Positions 5,248-12,616 of a stretch of 12,616 bases of DNA are shown here, piece by piece (the first letter of the stretch is position 1; the number at the start of each line of letters is the position of its first letter). A program made the position numbers and the translations under genes. The notes beneath the pieces are model-generated. The model saw only the letters and a program-made list of their open reading frames with translations. It did not search any database and was not told the DNA's origin. Source of the DNA: Acidobacteriota bacterium (GTDB lineage: Bacteria > Acidobacteriota > Thermoanaerobaculia > Multivoradales > UBA5704); contig JBDTZG010000106.1 of the NCBI GenBank assembly GCA_040005235.1, positions 1-12,616 on the forward strand. Reading direction: 5' to 3'.

Positions 5248-6342
5248 ATGGAGATTCGTGTTTCGCGCAGTGAATTTTTGGCCGAGCTGTCACCGATGCT
5301 CGGAATCGCCGAGAAGAAGACGACGATTCCGGTGCTCTCGCACCTGCTTCTCCAGGCTCGGGGAGCGAGGTTGTCGTTGGCCGCGACGGATCTCGACGTA
5401 TCGCTCACCAGCTGGTGCGACGCCGAGGTCGTGGAGGCCGGAGGGATTGCGGTCCAAGCGCGCAAATTCACCGAGATCATCGGTTCTCTAACCGGCGACG
5501 AGGTAAGTCTCGTTCTCGACGAGCCGCGAGTCCTCTCGGTTCGAGCAGGCCGCTCGCGGTTCAAGATTCACGGTCTCTCCCCTGATGATTTTCCGACTCT
5601 GCCTACGGTAGAGCCGACGCGAAAGATGGAGCTGCCGTTCGCCGACCTCAAGAGGATGATCTCCAAGGTGTTCTTCGCGGTCTCCGCCGAGGAGTCGCGG
5701 TTTCAGCTGAATGGCGCGCTGATTAAGCTCAAGGGCGACAGCATCGAAATGGTTGCGACGGACGGCCATCGTCTCGCCTTGGTAGAGCAGAAGGTCGAGG
5801 GTGCGGGGGAGGATTCCGTATTGGCACCCCGGAAGGCTCTGCAAGAGATCCAGCGCTTCGAGGGCGACGGCAAGATCGTTTTCGCCCGAGGCGAGCATCA
5901 TTTATCGTTTGGCTTGAACCGCCGAGAGCTCATCTGCCGAATCCTCGAAGGGACGTTTCCGGACTACGAGAGGGTTATTGCGCGAGACAACGACAAGCAG
6001 GCGATATTCGACCGGCGGGCTCTGGGCGATGCGGTCAAAAGGGTGGCGTTGATGACCGGGGATCGCGCCCGGGCGGTACGGCTCGACATGCAGGAAGGGC
6101 AGGTTACCGTATCGGCGGTGAACCAGGACCTCGGCGAAGCGGTCGAAGAGCTAGCTTGCGAGTACAGCGGACCCGAGATTCGTGTCGGGATCAACCCGGA
6201 TTACATGGCCCAGTTTCTCGCCGCGGTGGATACCGAGAAGGTGCGGTTCGACCTCAAGGACGAGAATACTCAGTGCGTCGGCTATCCCGTCGATGGAACC
6301 GATGCCCGGTACCTCTGCGTGATCATGCCGATGAGGATCTGA
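5248..6342 (+). CDS. dnaN: DNA polymerase III beta subunit (sliding clamp), 364 aa
   Basis: KKTTIPVLSHLLL, AATDLDV, DDFPTLP, SRFQLNGAL, VATDGHRLA, LEGTFPDYERVI and C-terminal VIMPMRI. Shine-Dalgarno AGGAG at 5234-5238. Expected synteny with dnaA. Confidence 0.98.
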   Translation: MEIRVSRSEFLAELSPMLGIAEKKTTIPVLSHLLLQARGARLSLAATDLDVSLTSWCDAEVVEAGGIAVQARKFTEIIGSLTGDEVSLVLDEPRVLSVRAGRSRFKIHGLSPDDFPTLPTVEPTRKMELPFADLKRMISKVFFAVSAEESRFQLNGALIKLKGDSIEMVATDGHRLALVEQKVEGAGEDSVLAPRKALQEIQRFEGDGKIVFARGEHHLSFGLNRRELICRILEGTFPDYERVIARDNDKQAIFDRRALGDAVKRVALMTGDRARAVRLDMQEGQVTVSAVNQDLGEAVEELACEYSGPEIRVGINPDYMAQFLAAVDTEKVRFDLKDENTQCVGYPVDGTDARYLCVIMPMRI

Positions 6343-6357
6343 CGCGGGCCTTTTCCG

Positions 6358-10003
<3,646 letters not shown>

Positions 10004-10010
10004 GGAATTC

Positions 10011-12616
10011 ATGAGCGAAGACACCCCGATCCTTCCTTTCGAACGACCGGTGCCGGTCGACATCGAAGAGGAGATGAAGCGAAGCTATCTCGATTACGCG
10101 ATGAGCGTGATCATCGGCCGTGCCCTGCCCGATGTCCGCGACGGATTGAAACCGGTCCACCGCCGCGTGCTGTATGGGATGTGGGAGAGCGGCAATACCG
10201 CCGGAAAACCCTATAAGAAGTCGGCGCGCATCGTCGGCGACGTCATGGGTAAGTTCCACCCCCATGGCGACACCGCGATCTACGACACGGTCGTGCGCAT
10301 GGCGCAGGACTTTTCCATGCGCTATCGGCTGGTCGACGGGCAGGGCAACTTCGGTTCGATCGACGGCGACAACCCGGCGGCGATGCGTTATACCGAAGTT
10401 CGCCTGACCCGCCTCGCCGAAGAGATGTTGAAGGACGACATCGACAAGGAGACCGTCGACTGGCAGGCGAACTACGACGGCTCGGAGGTCGAGCCTGTGG
10501 TGCTGCCCGCCAAGGTGCCGAACCTGCTGATCAACGGCACCTCAGGGATAGCGGTCGGCATGGCGACCAACATTCCGCCGCACAACCTGACCGAAGTGAT
10601 CAACGCGCTCGAGCTGCTGATGGACGATCCGGAGGTGACGGTCGAAACCCTGATGACCGCGATTCCCGGACCGGACTTCCCGACCGCGGCCTTTATTCAC
10701 GGCCTCGAAGGCATCCGTCAGGCCTACACCACCGGCCGCGGGATCATTCAGGTTCGCGCGAAGGCCAGCTTCGAGACCCAGGCCAAAGGCGATCGCCAGT
10801 CGATCATCGTCAACGAGCTCCCTTATCAGGTCAACAAGGCACGTTTGATCGAGCGGATCGCCGAGCTGGTGAGGGAAAAGAAGATCGAAGGGATCGCCGA
10901 TCTTCGCGACGAGTCGGACCGTGACGGAATTCGCGTCGTCGTCGACTGCAAGCGCGGCGAGGTGCCCGAAATCATCCTCAATCAGCTTTACAAGATGACG
11001 CAGATGCAGACGACGTTTGGCATCATCCTGCTCGCGATCGTTGACAACCAGCCGAAGGTCTTGACGCTCAAGGAGATGCTGTTTCACTTCCTGAACCACC
11101 GGAAGACGGTGATCATCCGGCGCACCCGGTTCGAGCTCCGCAAGGCCGAAGAGCGCGCCCACATCCTCGAAGGGATCTTGAAGGCGCTCGACCACCTCGA
11201 CGAGGTGATCGCGACGATCCGCGCGAGCCAAACGCCCGCGGAGGCGAAAGAACGTCTGATGGCGGGCTTCGCCCTTTCGCTGCTCCAGACCGAGGCGATC
11301 CTCGAAATGCGCCTCCAGAGGTTGACCGGCCTCGAACGGCAGAAGGTGCTCGACGAGTATCACGCCCTGCTGGAAACGATCGAGCGGCTGCGCGCGATTC
11401 TCGCGTCCGACCCGCTGGTGCTCGAAGAGATCCGGCGCGAGGTTCGCGAGCTGCGCGAAAAGTACGGCGACAAGCGGCGCACCGAGATCATCCCCGCCAC
11501 GCACGAGATCTCGATCGAAGACATGATCGCCGACGAGGACATGGTGATCACCGTGACCCGGACGGGTTACGTCAAGCGCTCGCCGCTCGCCCTCTATCGC
11601 GCGCAGAACCGGGGCGGCAAGGGGCGGATGGGGATGGCGACCAAAGACGACGACTTCGTCGAGCATCTCTACGTCGCCTCGGCGCACAGCTCGGTCCTGG
11701 TTTTCACCGAGAGCGGCCGAATGTACTGGATCAAAGTTCACGAGATTCCCGAGGCGGGACCGAACACGAAGGGCAAGGCGATCGTCAATTTACTCGACCT
11801 CGAAAAGCACGAAAAGGTCGCAACCACCGTCGCCGTACGCGAGTTCGCGGCCGACCGCTTTCTCGTCTTCGCCACCGAGCGCGGCACGATCAAGAAGACG
11901 CCGCTCTCCGCGTACGCGAACCAGCGGGCGGCGGGCATCATCGCGATCCAGATCGACGAGGGCGACCGCCTGCTCACCGTCCGCGTCACCGACGGTAGCC
12001 GCGAGATTCTAATTGCCACGACCAACGGCCTGGCGATCCGTTTCCCGGAGGCGGAGGTCCGCTCGATGGGGCGCAGCGCCTACGGCGTGAACGGGATTCG
12101 CCTACGCAAAGGCGACCGCGTCGTCACCATGGAGTCGCTCGAAGCCGAGGGCGAGATCCTCACCGTCACCGAAGGGGGCTACGGCAAGCGGACGCCGCTC
12201 GCCGAGTATCGCCTCCAAGGCCGGCTCGGCTACGGCATCATCAACTTGAAGGTGAGCGAGAAGACCGGCCCGGTCGCCGGCGTTCGCCAGGTCGTTCCGG
12301 GCGACGGCTTGATGCTGATCACGCAGGAAGGCAAGATCATTCGCTTGAACGTCGAGGGCATCCGGGTGATCGGACGTTCGACCCAAGGCGTGAAGCTGAT
12401 GGACCTCGAAGGCGAGGACCGGATCGTTGCGGTGGCGAAGTTGGCCGATGGCGCGGATGCCGGTGACCCCGCCGATCCAGCCGAAATCGGCGCCGAGGGT
12501 GACCTGGGCGACCCGAACAACAACATCGAAGCCGGAGCAGGAGAGGTCGGCGAGATCAAGACCATCACCGCTCTGGACGAGCTGTTGGAGGGGGAAATCG
12601 GCCCCAAGCCGGAAGA
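10011..12616 (+). CDS. gyrA: DNA gyrase subunit A, at least 868 aa, 3'-truncated by the window edge (absent from the ORF track)
   Basis: Manual translation from ATG 10011: [46 protein letters not shown] (catalytic Tyr codon 10389-10391), [14 protein letters not shown], GyrA-box QNRGGKG (11604-11624), pinwheel repeats and an acidic tail. Shine-Dalgarno TAAGGA overlaps the gyrB stop. Confidence 0.98.
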   Translation, partial: MSEDTPILPFERPVPVDIEEEMKRSYLDYAMSVIIGRALPDVRDGLKPVHRRVLYGMWESGNTAGKPYKKSARIVGDVMGKFHPHGDTAIYDTVVRMAQDFSMRYRLVDGQGNFGSIDGDNPAAMRYTEVRLTRLAEEMLKDDIDKETVDWQANYDGSEVEPVVLPAKVPNLLINGTSGIAVGMATNIPPHNLTEVINALELLMDDPEVTVETLMTAIPGPDFPTAAFIHGLEGIRQAYTTGRGIIQVRAKASFETQAKGDRQSIIVNELPYQVNKARLIERIAELVREKKIEGIADLRDESDRDGIRVVVDCKRGEVPEIILNQLYKMTQMQTTFGIILLAIVDNQPKVLTLKEMLFHFLNHRKTVIIRRTRFELRKAEERAHILEGILKALDHLDEVIATIRASQTPAEAKERLMAGFALSLLQTEAILEMRLQRLTGLERQKVLDEYHALLETIERLRAILASDPLVLEEIRREVRELREKYGDKRRTEIIPATHEISIEDMIADEDMVITVTRTGYVKRSPLALYRAQNRGGKGRMGMATKDDDFVEHLYVASAHSSVLVFTESGRMYWIKVHEIPEAGPNTKGKAIVNLLDLEKHEKVATTVAVREFAADRFLVFATERGTIKKTPLSAYANQRAAGIIAIQIDEGDRLLTVRVTDGSREILIATTNGLAIRFPEAEVRSMGRSAYGVNGIRLRKGDRVVTMESLEAEGEILTVTEGGYGKRTPLAEYRLQGRLGYGIINLKVSEKTGPVAGVRQVVPGDGLMLITQEGKIIRLNVEGIRVIGRSTQGVKLMDLEGEDRIVAVAKLADGADAGDPADPAEIGAEGDLGDPNNNIEAGAGEVGEIKTITALDELLEGEIGPKPE

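Noticed and set aside
10272-10286. GyrA QRDR has Thr at the E. coli Ser83 position (HGDTAIYD)
   Set aside because: Thr83 with Asp87 is the wild-type state in several quinolone-susceptible bacteria, so this is not evidence of resistance.

Overview
A GC-rich bacterial chromosomal replication-origin region. Left to right: a 5'-truncated class III PLP aminotransferase, a small P-loop kinase-like protein (NadR/AAA_28 type), a stand-alone tandem cNMP-binding protein, mutY on the minus strand (divergent from dnaA, where rpmH usually sits), then dnaA, a 248-bp oriC, dnaN, recF, gyrB and gyrA. gyrA runs off the window end and is missing from the ORF track. The DnaA domain IV signature (SKNNSK...KHHSTVMYS) suggests Acidobacteriota, which is inference only. 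Most notable: (1) DnaA has substitutions at several box-reading residues (E. coli R399->N, D433->H, T435->S, H439->Y), and the flanking DnaA boxes deviate coherently (variable first two bases, mostly CCGCA instead of CCACA, always a following G), suggesting a co-evolved non-canonical initiator/origin code. (2) The origin-proximal kinase-like protein ends in QLQLL, resembling a sliding-clamp-binding motif. (3) oriC has a readable architecture: opposed phased box arrays, an IHF-like site, and tandem boxes followed by DnaA-trios. All motif calls were made by eye; no database search was run. No mobile elements, CRISPR arrays or RNA genes were seen.
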